DNA from: Flaccisagitta enflata
Taxonomy: Eukaryota
NCBI GenBank assembly: GCA_965153355.1
Contig: OZ231126.1
Span: 40,920,001-40,984,000, forward strand
Length of the DNA stretch: 64,000 bases
Reading direction: 5' to 3'
Both the position numbers and the translations under genes were made by a program. Under the pieces are notes generated by a model. The model saw only the letters and a program-made list of their open reading frames with translations. It searched no databases and had not been told where the DNA came from. Position 1 is the stretch's first letter; each line of letters opens with the position of its first letter. Positions 1 to 14,811 of this stretch are shown in pieces.

Positions 1-2000
1 GTAAGATAGGGAGCGACCGACCGACAGACCAACAGACCGACCAACTGACTGACAGACGGACGGATGGACTGACAAAGGGGGTTGTAGAGTCATGCATGTT
101 AATAAAAAGAAATCAATAAAAACAGAAAGAAAATGTTCGTTGTCAGGATTTGTTAACTTCATCTTGCAATTTTTTCAGAAAGGCAATACCATTAAAAAGG
201 CTCATGACACATCTGCTACACGTAAGAGTGATATCAGACTGTCAGTAAGCGACAATGTACTACAGCCACAGTATCATGGTATGATTACCTTCAGACCAAT
301 CACACATATTTTTGGGGCCATATGTCTATGACCAGAAGTCCATTTTCTCCAAATTCTTGATTTTCAGGGTATTCAATCATGCTGGACAAAATGTGTTTTT
401 ATTCATTTCTTCTAGTCCATTCCTTCCTCCCTAGACCAAAAACGGTGCAAAAAGACCACTGATTAACAGGTCGCCCAAGGGCAATATGTGCTCAGCGATA
501 CCCACTGCCCTGCTTTGCATAATTGTCAATTGAAGTGAGAGGAAACGGGGCAGCGGCCCAGAAGGAGACAAAGTCCTGTAGAACAGGGGGACTTTTCTTC
601 GTCCATCCTTCATCTGTTCCCTCAGGCCCTCTCAGGCCTAAAATCTACCCTCTCAGGCCTGAAATCTGCTCTCTCAGGCCTTGAATCTGGGAGAGCAGAT
701 TTCAGGCCTGAGAGGACAGATTGAAGCCCTGCAATTTTAGGCCTTAGAGGGCATATTTAGGGCATATTTAGGGTTTGAGAGGACAGATTCAAGGCCTGCG
801 AGGGCAGATTTCAGGTCTGAGAGAGCCTGGGGGACGAATGGAAGGACAGACAAACAAAAGTCCCCCTGTGTTCTACAGGACTTCGTCCCCTTTGGGGCCG
901 CTGCCCTGCTTCCTCGCACTCTAATTGACAATTATGCAAAGCAGGGCAACGGGTATCGCTGAGCACATTTTGCCCTTGGGCGACCTATTAATCAGTAATC
1001 TTTTTGCACCGTTTCTGGTCTAGGGAGGAAGGAATGGACTAGAAGAAATGAATAAAAACACATTTTGTCCAGCATGGTTGAATACGCTGAAAATCAAGAA
1101 TTTGGTAAAAACGGACTTCTGGTCATAGATATATGGCCCCCAAAACATGTGTGATTGGTCTGAAGATAGTTATGCCATGATACTGCGGCTGTAGTACACT
1201 GTCGCTTGCTGACAGTCTGATGTCACTCTCACATGTAGCAGATGTGTTATAAGCCTTTTTGGGCAGCGGCCCCAAAGGGCCAATGTCCTGTAGAACACAG
1301 GGGGGAATTTCGAGACGTCCGTCCTTCCGTCCTTCCATCCTTCCATCCTTCCGTCCCCCCCCCCCCCGTTGACCATCAAGGCCTCAAATTAGCCCTCCCA
1401 GGACTCAATTTAGCCCTCCAGGCCTAAAATTAGCCCTCTTGGCTTCAAATCAGCCCCCTCCCATGCCCTTAATCTGCCTCCCAGACCTCAAATCTGCCCT
1501 CTAGACCTTCAATTAGCCCTCCAAGCTTGAAACCATCCCGCCAAACCTCAAATCTGCTCTCCAAGCCTTAATTATGCTCTCCAACCCTCAGATATGCCTT
1601 CAGTGGCATAAATCAGCCATCTAGAGCCCCCTCAGGATGGACGGACGTCTTGAAATTCCCCCCTGTGTTCTACAGGACATCGGCCCTTTGGGGCCGCTGC
1701 CCTGCTCTCACTCAACTTCTTCACTGGATCACTCAGCAGGGCATCGGGTACCGCTGACCATGTGCAATCCTTGGATGACTAGTTAACAGTATTGCCTTTC
1801 TGAAAAAATTGCGAGATGAATTGATTTGGGTTCCACGCACAATAGTTAACAAATCCTGACAACAAATACTTTTTTTCTGTTTTTATTAATTTCTTTTTAG
1901 TAACATGCGCGCGACTCTACAACCCCCTTTGTCAGTCCATCTGTCCGTCTGTCAGTCAGTTGGTCGGTCTGTTGGTCTGTCGGTTGGTCGCACCCCATTT
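1..2000. repeat. Large imperfect inverted duplication (arms ~1-600 and ~855-2000) centred on a palindromic Helentron-like element
   Basis: 190-465 is the reverse complement of ~990-1260, and 13-190 of ~1785-1995. The right arm is interrupted by an extra element at 1261-1784. Confidence 0.85.
1261..1784 (+). mobile_element. Non-autonomous Helentron/DINE-like element, family B
   Basis: Starts after a T-run with GGGCAGCGGCCCC, has ~50-bp subterminal inverted repeats, GTCC/TTCC microsatellite, ~21-bp tandem core, and a 3' tail GGGTACCGCTGACC...GACTAGTT. Absent from the left arm of the inverted duplication. Confidence 0.7.
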
Positions 2001-3754
2001 TACTTTTTTTATGAATTTTTTTCTTTGCTCCCAAAATGGTCTAGTGACCTAAACTATGGCCCCTGCCCACCTGTACGTGACTTTGGTAGCCATGTATCTG
2101 GCCTTGTTTTATCACAAATCTTGCTTAGAATACTTTTCAAACCAATCTTGCTAGTCGTGGTAAATATGATAATGCAGCTACTCAGTTGTTTTTGTGTTTT
2201 ATGTAAGGCCCTAATTTCAGCCTTAAAGCCCAATTCTAAGTCTTGCTGCTAAATTTCTAGCCTCGAGACCCAAATTCAAGCCTCAAGGCCCAATCCCCTG
2301 CCTTGAGGCCCAAATCCCAGCCCCAGGGCCCAAATTCTAGCCTTCTGGCCCATATTTCATTCCCATATTCCAGGTCTAGGGCCCAAGTTTCAACCCAAAA
2401 GCCCAAATCCCCAAAGAATTTACACCATCAAAAACCGTTAGTCCAGAACAAGCTAAAACCCCCCTGTGTTCTAAAGAACTTCAAACCATTAAGGCCAGCT
2501 GGTGCTGCCCTGCTTCCACTTACTAAAACACTAGATTTCAATCCTGAAGCCCATGTTCTTAAAGTGTAGCAGTGAGGCCATAATCAAGGCCTTGAGTCTT
2601 TACTTGTGATAAGGATCACTGATTGAAAGGCCAATTGACAGACACACAGGCCAACAGATGGACCAACATACACATTAAGACTCCTAAGCAGATTTTAGGA
2701 GCCAAGGAGGTATCTAAAGTCAAAATCAGACTGTGAAAAAGGTGGTGGGAAAATCGTTCCAAATCTCAATGATATTGTTCCTGTTTGACCAGTCATAACT
2801 CGGCCATTTTTAACGGATTCACTAAAAATTTGTGACGGTTTGAAAGAGCTTCAATAAATCTTTAAAATGGACCAATCTGGCATTTCTAGCTTTATTCGTT
2901 CAAAAGTTACGAGCAAAACAAGTAAATTGTCCCAAAAATGGGAAAAATTCCATAACCAAGATTATTGTCCAAAATTCCTATAAAATTGCTTATGTTTGAC
3001 AGGTTATATCTCAATTATTTTTGAACGGATTTACAAAAAATTGGTGACAGTTGGAAAGATCTTGAAGAGATCTTCAAAATGGGACCAATCTGGCATTTCT
3101 AGCTTGATTCGTTCAAAAGTTACAAGCAAAACAAGGTTGCTTGTCCAAAAAAAGGGAAAGTTCAATGACCTGTACCACATGAAGGTAAAAAATGTGAATA
3201 TTTCAAAAAGCGCCCCAGGAATTTTTTTGCACTCATTTGCCATGCATTATACATGGGCTGGACCACTAGAAACCGTCATAAAAGTGGCAGTTCTCCTAGT
3301 TTAAACATCAAGGTGAAGATACAGAACAGTGTCTGATCTAACATGGACACAAAAACCCTCTTTCTTCACTTCTCTTTTCTTTGCTTGTGTATTTCCTAGA
3401 ACAAAAAATCTTTCCACACTCTCCTTCTTTCTTCCGTATTCCCACCTGTCAGTAGCTGACATGTTAGACTCAGAAATCAACGGAGTGCATCAAACCGACT
3501 GACGTGCGGAGAATCCGTTTGTTGTTGCTCTCACTAGAGATATCCAACATGTAGAATCCAAATACAAAAGCGCAGACACATTCACGCATGCGCACACATC
3601 CGCCAATGACAATTGACATAGAGCTATAGAGGGCATCAAAAGAACTGAGGAGCTGAGAATCATGTTAATGTTGCATAGTTAATGTTCCACAGAGGTACGC
3701 CCACGTGCACTGTCACTCACATCGGCGTATACAAAAAACTCATGTACACAAAAA

Positions 3755-3756
<2 letters not shown>

Positions 3757-3845
<89 letters not shown>

Positions 3846-4206
3846 ACATCAATCCGCACTAAGACCGCTTCAAGAGTTAAAATGTTTGTGCTACCCTGAA
3901 CAATCCTGAAATTTTGAGTTGCAACAATTTTTTATTTTGAAGTTAAAAACAAGGCCAAGTTAAGGCCAATAAATGCGCCTCGCTTGATTAAGAATTTGTG
4001 AATGAACGTTTTTGATGTATGAATGAATGAATGAATGAATGAATGAATGAATGAATGAATGAATGAATGAATGAATGAATGATAATAAATGTGGTATGGC
4101 ATGAAAGGTGGTAGAAATGAAGACATACATCAGAATCAGCCGTTTTGCTCATTGCAAATTTTGAGTGACTGACCAACCGACCGACCAACCTACTGACCGA
4201 CCGACT

Positions 4207-4289
<83 letters not shown>

Positions 4290-4893
4290 ACATCAATCCG
4301 CACTAAGACCGCTTCAAGAGTTAAAATGTTTGTGCTACCCTGAGCAATCCAGAAATTTTGAGTTGCAACAATTTTTTATTTTGAAGTTGAAAGAACAAGG
4401 CCAAGTTAAGGCCAATAAATGCGCCTCGCTTGATTAAGAATTTGTAAATGAACGTTTTTGATGAATGAATGAATGAATGAATGAATGAATGAATGAATGA
4501 ATGAATGAATGAATGAATGAATGAATGAATGAATGAATGAATGAATGATAATGAATGTGGTATGGCATGAAAGGTGGTAGAAATGAAGAAATACGTCAAA
4601 ATCAGCCGTTTTGCTCATTGCAAATTTCGACCGACCGACCGACCGACCGACCGACCGACCGACCGACCGACCGACCGACCGACCGACCGACCGACCGACC
4701 GACCGACCGACCGACCGACCGACCGACCGACCGACCGACCGACCGACCGACCGACCGACCGACCGACCGACCGACCGACCGACCGACCGACCGACCGACC
4801 GACCGACCGACCGACCGACCGACCGACCGACCGACCGACCGACCGACCGACCGACCGACCTGACCTCTTATAGAAGTGCCAGGACGCACTTAA
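3757..4893. repeat. Tandem ~445-bp duplication of (CA)n + unique stretch + DINE-like element with (GAAT)n, followed by a long (CCGA)n tract
   Basis: 3844-4160 closely matches 4288-4627. (CCGA)n spans ~4628-4860. Confidence 0.9.
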
Positions 4894-7063
4894 AAATGGA
4901 AAGATCTTGAAACCAATTTTCTTGTCAGCTTTCACTTATATCTTTTTTATTATCATGTAGTGTCCGCAATAACTATATTAGTTCTCTTTAAAATGAACGA
5001 GACATTATATCAACATTCGGTTGAGGAAAAAAGAGGGCCAAAAACGCGCTGGTTAGAAACATCTCCAGACTCCATTGTACCGCTAAAACTTGTTTACAAG
5101 TCTCGTAGTTGTATGCAAATATACCAGCAAATTCATGCCCACACATGCAATAACATCAATTCAAACAAATGAAATCTCTCGCTGGCAATCAATTTTAACT
5201 GCTGAGAGCTAGGACCCGTGCATTTGTGTGCACTTCATTTGACTCGCATTTTATCACTCGTCCTAAAGCAGAGTCCATTTGCCCACAATTGTCGGGGTCA
5301 TGATTTATTTGCCATCGGTACTCACCACGTGTGCACTATGTTCCAGAATTGACGGTAAGCACAAATGGCATCAAAGTGTTTGAAGCACATAAAACTGTAT
5401 TTGCATTACGTAAAAAAGCGAAAGGTAAAGCAAAGTTGATTTTCAGCAATGTTCTTTTGGCATATCTGTTGAAAATAAAAGCACTTTGGCCATTGTGAGG
5501 GTTATTGTGTTCTCAAGGCCATTGATAAAAATGAGGAATAAAACTCCCAAATACAAGTATCGATCAACGCAGAATTGCAAGAATTTTCATTAGATACCCG
5601 TATCATATGGTTTGTTAGGTTTTACATGTTTTTCATGCGCTAGACTAGTTGTTCGAGAGCTGTTTTATTCTGCCAGTCTGTCACTTTTTCAGTTTATGTT
5701 GAAAACCACCAAGCAATTCTTTTTTCTTTAATGTGATAAATTTCTTTTCAAAACGGTCATGATCAGATGGCTTCTGCGCTAGTCGGCGTCCAAGAAACTA
5801 ATCATAGGAGAATTCTCAGAACACTCGTTGCTTAGGTGAAGCTTATATTGTTTTGATTTTACCCAGACAGCTTGGGAGATTTGAAGGTATTGCTTTTAAA
5901 AACAGGCATTTTTTCTCATTTTTCTTGATGTGCTATTTCTATGAAAACATCATTTCCGAAGCAAACTGAGCTATTTCTTAGGTAGTCTAGCCCATTTGCT
6001 CCATTTTGATACCAAGTTGACATATTTTTGATGAGGTTGACAATTTTTAAAGGGCTTTTGAAGATTTCACGCATCAATTTGCTCAAATATGGACCCTTTT
6101 TAAATTTACCAATTTTTTACCATAAGTAGTCCCCATCAAGGGGTGAACATAGGTCAACTCATTTCAGCTCGGAGTCATCACTTACATAGGCAAAAAATGC
6201 ATTGAAAATATTGGTTTTTAATTCCAAAACCTCCTCCTGGTCTTTGATTTTAAAACCCTAGAGTGTGAATTTTGGTTTTAAAGGTCTTGATTTTAAAACC
6301 CCAAAGTGGGGATTTTGGCTTTAAAGGTCTTAGTTTTAAAAACTTTTTGTTGAATATTTGCTCACTCATCTTTGCTGTATTTTAGATAGTATGTATGCCC
6401 CTTCATGGGTACAAGGTGCGTGTACCTGGATGGAATTGACTCTTTTTATGTTAGTATGTTTAAAACAGAACAGTGAGAAATCTTAGACCATTCTGAAGCC
6501 CTTGAATCCCTCTTTCATTTGGCGCGAATCTGGTATCTCTATTTTTTTTTTTGGAAATGGCATTAGTTTGAATAAAAATATTCATAAATTTGTTTTTGCA
6601 GTCCCTATGAAAAAGATGCAATTCAGCAAAATGGTGTCTCACTTTAGAGAGCTCTAGCTCCTAAACCGTTAAAGATCTAGGTTTGGTCTAGAATGAAAGA
6701 TAATTTGAAAATCTTCAAAATCCTTTTCTTTAATAAATTTTTAACACTTTTTAAGTCTGTTCTATCAGCAAATCAAAAGTTGCGTCTTTCTTTTTAATTT
6801 GCGTGGTAAAACTATTGTTGCTTGACTGCCTGAAAAATGGTACCCCTTACTGAAGATTCTAGTTACCAAAAAAATAACAATCATGATGTCCACAATAAAA
6901 TTACTGTCTGTCCATTTTTTTCTTTTTTCTCCTCCCTTTCATTATGTTCCTTTTCTTTTTCTTTTTCTTCTCTATTTCTGCTTCTTCTTATTTTTCTTCA
7001 TCTTCTTCTTCTTCTTCCTTTGCCCCTTCCAAAACCCTCCCACTCACCCCCTTCCGTCCCAAG

Positions 7064-7152
<89 letters not shown>

Positions 7153-8923
7153 CTCTCTGTCTCTCTCTCTCTTTCTCTCTTTGAAGGTGAATGGGAGAAG
7201 TTGATTTAAGGGTGCAATATTTCATGACCTGTTGATTTCAATCTCTAATCTCACTTTAGCCTTACTCTTTTTATATTTTTTTATTCTGTTTACATCTGTA
7301 AGTCTGTCTGTCATTCTGTCTTTTTTACTTTTTTTTTGTCAATTTTTTTTTCTAATTTTCAACTTTTTTTCTCTGTCTCCCTCTTCTTTTTCCTTTTTTT
7401 TTTCACTTTTTTTTTTTTAATTTTATCTTTTTTTTTCTGTCTTCTTTGGTGTCCCAACAACTTTGGTGTCCCGACAACAGGGACTTCCATGGAAGTCCCG
7501 GAAGTCCCTTGTCTTACGCCGCTGCCTGTAGGACACAGGGTTGAATTTCCAGATGTCCCCCTGTCCATCCCTCTGTCTGCCCGTTTGTCTGTCCTTCTGT
7601 CTGTCCGTCCATCTGTCTGTCCTTCCATCTGCCGTCTGTGCGTCTGTCCGTCTGTCCGTCTGTCCGTCCCACCACCCCAGAAGCTTCTCAAGCCTCAAAT
7701 TCTCATTGAATAACATGGGAAGTTAACAAAATACAAACATCCCATTAAATAACATGGAAACTTATCAAAAAGTAAAAAAATGCATATTTCCCATTGAATA
7801 ACATAGAAACTTAATGGAAACTGAGAAAAATGCAAAATTCCCATTGAATAACATGCTAAATTGATGAGAAATTGAAAAAAATGCAAAGTATTCAACTTAG
7901 ACCAATGATTTTTTTGCATAAAAAATCAAGAGTTTCAGAGTTCTTCAAATCTGTTTTGAGAATTGTTTTCTCATTTTTAGAATCAGAATGAAATCGATTT
8001 CTTATATATCATTTGATGTGAAACACCCTGTTTTTGGCACCCATGATTCCAATTTACAGTTGTTTTTAGTCGCGGACACGCAACTCTAGAATTTCCTGTG
8101 TCGGTTGGTTTAAGGTCGGTCACATCATATTTCTGTTTTAAACTCCTGCCCACCCATCTGCGACCGAGGGGTAGTTTACATGGCCTTGTTTTGGCTGAAA
8201 TCATCATGAAGAAACATATTTTGACCAATAAAATTAACATTTTGAATTTTTGTCATTTTTTGCAATCACTTCAAGGAGGACCTCAAATTTGGCTACTTTA
8301 ACCCTCTTGCCCCCACCCTATGAGGCACTCCCCTTGCCCACTTACTCCATGACCTCCCTTGAAATCTCTGCTACCCAACAAGCCTAACCATAATGTCAAT
8401 AAATCTGGCCGTTTTCATAACTCAATCTAACTGCTTCAAACTGCTTTATCTTCTGAACCGTTTGAGCCACAGATCCCAGACAGGACTCAAACGAAAGATC
8501 TTTAGAAGAGCTTTCCAGATACCACCAATTTTAATCGATTTTTCTCTAACTATGGTAGTTTTCTCAAGCGAAGACAGTAGAAAATTGGCCAGTTTTATTG
8601 ACCCTATGGTTAAGTATGAAGATTTTTGGCAAAACTATGACCATTTTTGCAACACTCTATTATGAGGGTTGTGCAACAAAAACGCCTCTATATGGCCCTG
8701 ACAGGCCAACTGCAAAAAAGTGGTGTGGTCTGAAGAATCCGTGCAGATGATTTACTGTGTCATACAAAACTCATAACGTCTCCAAACTTTCGACACAGAC
8801 TTTTTTTGCATTTTTGGGAAATCCTTAACAAGCCAAAAGACCAGCCTTCTTAACACAACCAGCCCTCTTAAAAGTGGAGTAGCGGGTAGGGCCGCTACTC
8901 AGAAGAGGATATGTGCCAGAAGG

Positions 8924-9256
8924 CAGCGGCGTAGGAGAAGGGACTTCCGGGACTTCCATGGAAGTCCCTGTTGTCGGGACACTAAACTTGTTGGGACACT
9001 AAATTTACCAAGAAAAAAATGAGGAAAAAGGAAAAAAAGAGGGGAAGAAAAGGAAAACAGGAAAAAAAAATAAAGAAGAGAAGTAAAAGAAAGAAAAGAA
9101 AAAATTCAATGATTATATGCTTAAAAATTGCAGTAATTACAATTTTTTTATATTTACATGATAAAAACTACAAGTTGGTTTCAGTTGTGAGACTAAATTT
9201 GTCGGACACCAATTGGGGGCGGAAGTCCCAGAAATCTTTAGTCTCCTACGCCGCTG
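8924..9256. mobile_element. hAT-type MITE
   Basis: TIR CAGCGGCGTAGGAG/CTCCTACGCCGCTG with 8-bp TSD CCAGAAGG (8916-8923, 9257-9264). Confidence 0.85.
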
Positions 9257-9542
9257 CCAGAAGGTTTTGACAGAAGAAAAAGAAGGAGAAAAAGAAGAAA
9301 AAGAAGGAGAAAAAAAAAGATGAAGAAGAAGAAAAAGAAAAGGGTTGAGAAAGAAGAAAAAGAAAAAGGTTGAGAAGGAAACAGGTCGCTCTAGCATCAT
9401 ATGGACAGCGGTTCCCGTTGCCCCATTGTTATTCATTGTTATCAAGAAAGATTGAGGTTAATGGGGCAGCGGCCCCGGAGGGGCCAATGACCTATGATTC
9501 CACATAGGGCAATTTGTTTTTCTTTCAACGGTGCCTGAGTAG

Positions 9543-10783
<1,241 letters not shown>

Positions 10784-11590
10784 CTGAGTAGGCTGATTTG
10801 AGGCTTGAGAGGGCAAATATCAGGCCTGAGTGGGCTGATTTGGAACCTGAGAGGGCTGATATCAGGCTTGAGTAGGCTGATTCAAGGCCTGAGTGGGCTG
10901 ATTTGGAACCTGAGAGGGCTGATATCAGGGCTGAGTAGGCTAATTTGAGGCCTGAGAGGGCTGATATCAGGCCTGAGTTGGCTGATTTGAGGCCTGAGAG
11001 GGCCACTTTAAGGCCTGAATAGGCTGATTTGAGGCCTGAGAGGCCAAATATCAGGCCTGAGTAGGCTGATTTGAGGCCTGAGAGGCCAAATATCAGGCCA
11101 AATATCAGGCCTGATTTGAGGCCCAAGAGGGTCATTTTCAGTCTTGACTAAGCTGATTTGAGGCCTGAGAGGGCCATTTTCAGACCTGAGTAGGCTGATT
11201 TGAGGCCCAAGAGGGTCATTTTCAGTCTTGACTAAGCTGATTTGAGGCCTGAGAGGGCCATTTTCAGACCTGAGTAGGCTGATTTGAGGCCTGACTTAGC
11301 TGATTTGAGGCCTGAGAGGGTTTATTTCAGGCCTGAGAGGGCCATTTTCAGGCCTGAGAAGGCTGATTTGAGGCCTGAGAGGGCTGATTTGAGGCCTGAC
11401 TAGGCTGATTTGAGGCCTGAGAGGGCCATTTTCAGACTTGATTAGGCTGATTTGAGGCCTGAGAGAGCTGATTTGAGGCCTGACTTCGCTGATTTGAGGC
11501 CTGAGAGGGCCATTTTCAGGCCTGATTAGGCTGATTTAAGGCATGAGAGGGCCAATTTCAGGCCTGAGTAGGCTGATTTGAGGCCTGAGG
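10784..11590. repeat. ~21-bp minisatellite array (GGCCTGAGAGGGCTGATTTGA-like) inside a family-B element (~9463-11990)
   Basis: About 800 bp of visibly tandem ~21-bp units. Confidence 0.9.
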
Positions 11591-13017
11591 GGGGTGGGGA
11601 CACCGCAAGACGGAGAAACGAAATTGCGGCCCCAAAGGGATCGATGACCTATTTTCACACAGGGGGATTTTTCTCCTCCTCCTCTCCCTCCTCCTCATCC
11701 CCCTCCCCAACCTCCAGGCCCATATCTCAGCCTCAAGGCCCAAATTCCAGCCTTGAGGCCCAAATCCCAGTCTTGAGGCCCAAATCTCTCGGGGCTGGAA
11801 TTTGGGCCTAAGATGGGATTTGGACCTTGAGGTTGGGATTTGGGCCTCAAGACTGGGATTTGGGCCTCGAGGCTGGGATATGGGCCTCAAAGCTGAGATA
11901 TGGGCCTGGAGGTTGGGGGACAAAGGAGAAGGAGAAGAAGGAGGAGGCCTGGTGAAAGCATAGGTCATCGACTTCAGGCCGCTGCCCAAAACGCAAAACC
12001 CAAAAAAATAAAAGTGTGATAGACCGACGGACCGACAGACCAACGGACGGACGGACCAACAAAGCGGGGTGTAGAGTCGCAGCACGCAACTAAAAATGGA
12101 CAGACCGTGATTTTATCGTGGTCATCATGATTATTATTTTTTTAGTAACTAGAATTTTCAGTAAGGGGTACATTTCTTCAGGCAGTCAAGCAACAATAGT
12201 TTTATGCTATGTTCTTGTAAGTCAATAACAGCAAAAGTTTGGGGTTTCTTTTAAACGATAGTGTGATTTCAATAATTTCAGAAGACTTGAAGGGTAAAAT
12301 CTGCTACTCGGAAGGAAAACATTTTTAAGATGGCTGAACAAAACCACCGTGAAGCTCAAACTCGGGGTTTTAAAAATTGGTCAAAAAGTTTCTCACTGTT
12401 CTGTTTCATATTATACAAACATAAAAATAGTAAATTCCATCCAGGTACACGCACCTTGTACCCATGAAGGGGCATACATACTATCTAAAATACAGCAAAG
12501 ATGAGTGAGTAAATATTCAACAAAAAGTTTTTAAAATCAAGACCTTTAAAACCAAAATCCACGCTCTAGGGTTTTAAAATCAAGACCTTTAAAACCAAAA
12601 TCCACGCTCCAGGGTTTTAAAATCAAAGACCAGGAGGAGGTTTTGGAATTAAAAACCAATATTTTCAATGCATTTTTTGCCTATGTAAGTGATGACTCCG
12701 AGCTGAAATGAGTTGACCTATGTTCACCCCTTGATAGGGACTACTTATGGTAAAAAATTGGTAAATTTAAAAAGGGTCCATATTTGAGCAAATTGATGCG
12801 TGAAATCTTCAAAAGCCCTTTAAAAATTGTCAACCTCATCAAAAATATGTCAACTTGGTATCAAAATGGAGCAAATGGGCTAGACTACCTAAGAAATAGC
12901 TCAGTTTGCTTCGGAAATGATGTTTTCATAGAAATAGCACATCAAGAAAAATGAGAAAAAATGCCTGTTTTTAAAAGCAATACCTTCAAATCTCCCAAGC
13001 TGCCAGATTTGATTTTT

Positions 13018-13211
13018 AGTCGCGTGCTACGCGACTCTACACCCTGCTTTGTCGGTCCATCCGTCGGTCCGTCCATCCGTCCGTCACACTTTACTTTTTC
13101 GGCGTTAATGGGGGTTTTGGCCTTATTGCTCCTGCCCAAATGTTCCACTGACCTCAATTATGGCCCCTGCCCACCCGCACGCGACTGGGGTAGCCGTGTA
13201 TCCGGCCTTGT
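13018..13211 (+). mobile_element. Non-autonomous Helentron/DINE-like element, family A (representative of >20 copies in the window)
   Basis: T-run, then AGTCGCGTGCTACGCGACT hairpin, (GTCY)n, subterminal CACGCGACT, 3' stem-loop GCCGTGTATCCGGC, CTTG and T-run. Similar copies near 1898, 8087, 18072, 19862, 21619, 22038, 23348, 27011, 29701, 30549, 33338, 40190, 50195, 54156, 56940. Confidence 0.75.
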
Positions 13212-13489
13212 TTTTTTCAAGATCATTTTTTTCTTGATTGAAAACTAGAAAAGTCTGTCACTCCTTAGGCTGAGAAGAGAAAAAAATACTCTACTGGAAT
13301 CCTTATTGGATAACCCATTTAGATAAGTATTTTGACCAGCCAAAGCAGGAAAAGATATTAATAAAAGGTAAATAAAACAATTAAAAAGAGTGAGGTTCCT
13401 TATTTCAGATGTATTGAAACCAGATTTGGAATCGGCATCATTTCATTTATCAGCTCTTTAGTGAACAACAATCAACCGGTCTTTTTGTA

Positions 13490-13899
13490 CTACTCGACTA
13501 AAAAAAAAAAGCCGTACCCTATTTTGAGTTGATGAATGGGAAAAAGAAATCATTTGAACATTTTTCTGTTGAAGTGATTTTATAGATTTTCGAATTTTCT
13601 TTCATTCTAGACCAATCCCAGATCTGTATCTCAAAAGGTTCAGGAGCTAGAGCTTGTCAAAGTTATCTTCTTATTCATGAAAATGCTCATTTTTCAATAG
13701 GATTGCAAACTGATAATGGCAATGTTTTTACTCATTCTTATGCCATTTCTAAACGAATAAAGCTAGAATCGCCAGATTGGAGCCAAATGAAAAATCTTTT
13801 CAAGAGCTTTCTAATGGTCTAAGATTTTAATTAATTATTTTGAAATTCAATATGACAATTTGCCTTTTAAAAGTGTGGCTTTTTTATTGATTCGAGTTG
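13490..13899. mobile_element. TA-flanked MITE (~410 bp), Tc1/mariner-type
   Basis: TIR CTACTCGA(C/A)T..AAAAAAGCC flanked by TA. Same family at 18685-19092 and 23810-24220. Confidence 0.75.
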
Positions 13900-14749
13900 T
13901 AGACAAACCAGGGTTTATAACAAGCTATCAACCAACCTACGGATACATCGCCTGTTAGCAAGCAACTAAAAACAAACTATCTGAGTGTGTGTGCATAAAT
14001 GGTGCGCCTAACATCTTTGAATTGCACCACTGTCTCTCAGAAATCACTCCTTCAAGTACCCCACTCACCTGATTTAACAGTATTTCGGATTTAGCAACCA
14101 GGATACCTTGGTCCTAATTTTTTGTAATTTTGTTCTATATTAGTTTTTTTCTGATGCCTGATTTAACAGCCAAACCTGATTTACAGGCACTATCTTTTGG
14201 TCCCATTGAAAAATTATCTCTTATTAGAAGGCATTAAAAAAAACTTGATGAAATTCATTTTAATTTTTGTTTTATCTATATAGTTTTAGCTAATATTGAA
14301 TATTTAAGTTACATAAAAAAACAAATTAGGTCAAAAAGCATAAGAAAGCATAAAATAAAGGTGATATAGGGAGATTTGAATCAAGATCAATTCTTTTTAC
14401 TATTGTGGTATTCTTTACCTTGCAAAATACTATTAACATTTAGTATATAATAATGATTCTTTGATTTATCAAAACCGGCCTTTCAGAGAATATGTCTGTT
14501 AATCTGTCAACACAAATGCTTAACCACTGCAATTCATTGGACATGCATGTCTGTATATTTAACTTTATTCTGATACTTTTTTGTACAAAAAAGTAAAAAA
14601 AAATTGAAATTCGATTTAACAATATTCGGATTAAACAACTAAAATTACCCAGTCTCTTCAAGACCGTTATATCGGATTTCCGTTGTACCAATATCCATCG
14701 AATGAATGTCTGGCGCACAATGGACTAAGTAGGGTCTCTTTACGAAGCT

Positions 14750-14811
<62 letters not shown>

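Noticed and set aside
4555-4935. ORFs of repeating PTDR/VGRS
   Set aside because: Translations of a pure (CCGA)n microsatellite inside a DINE-like element.
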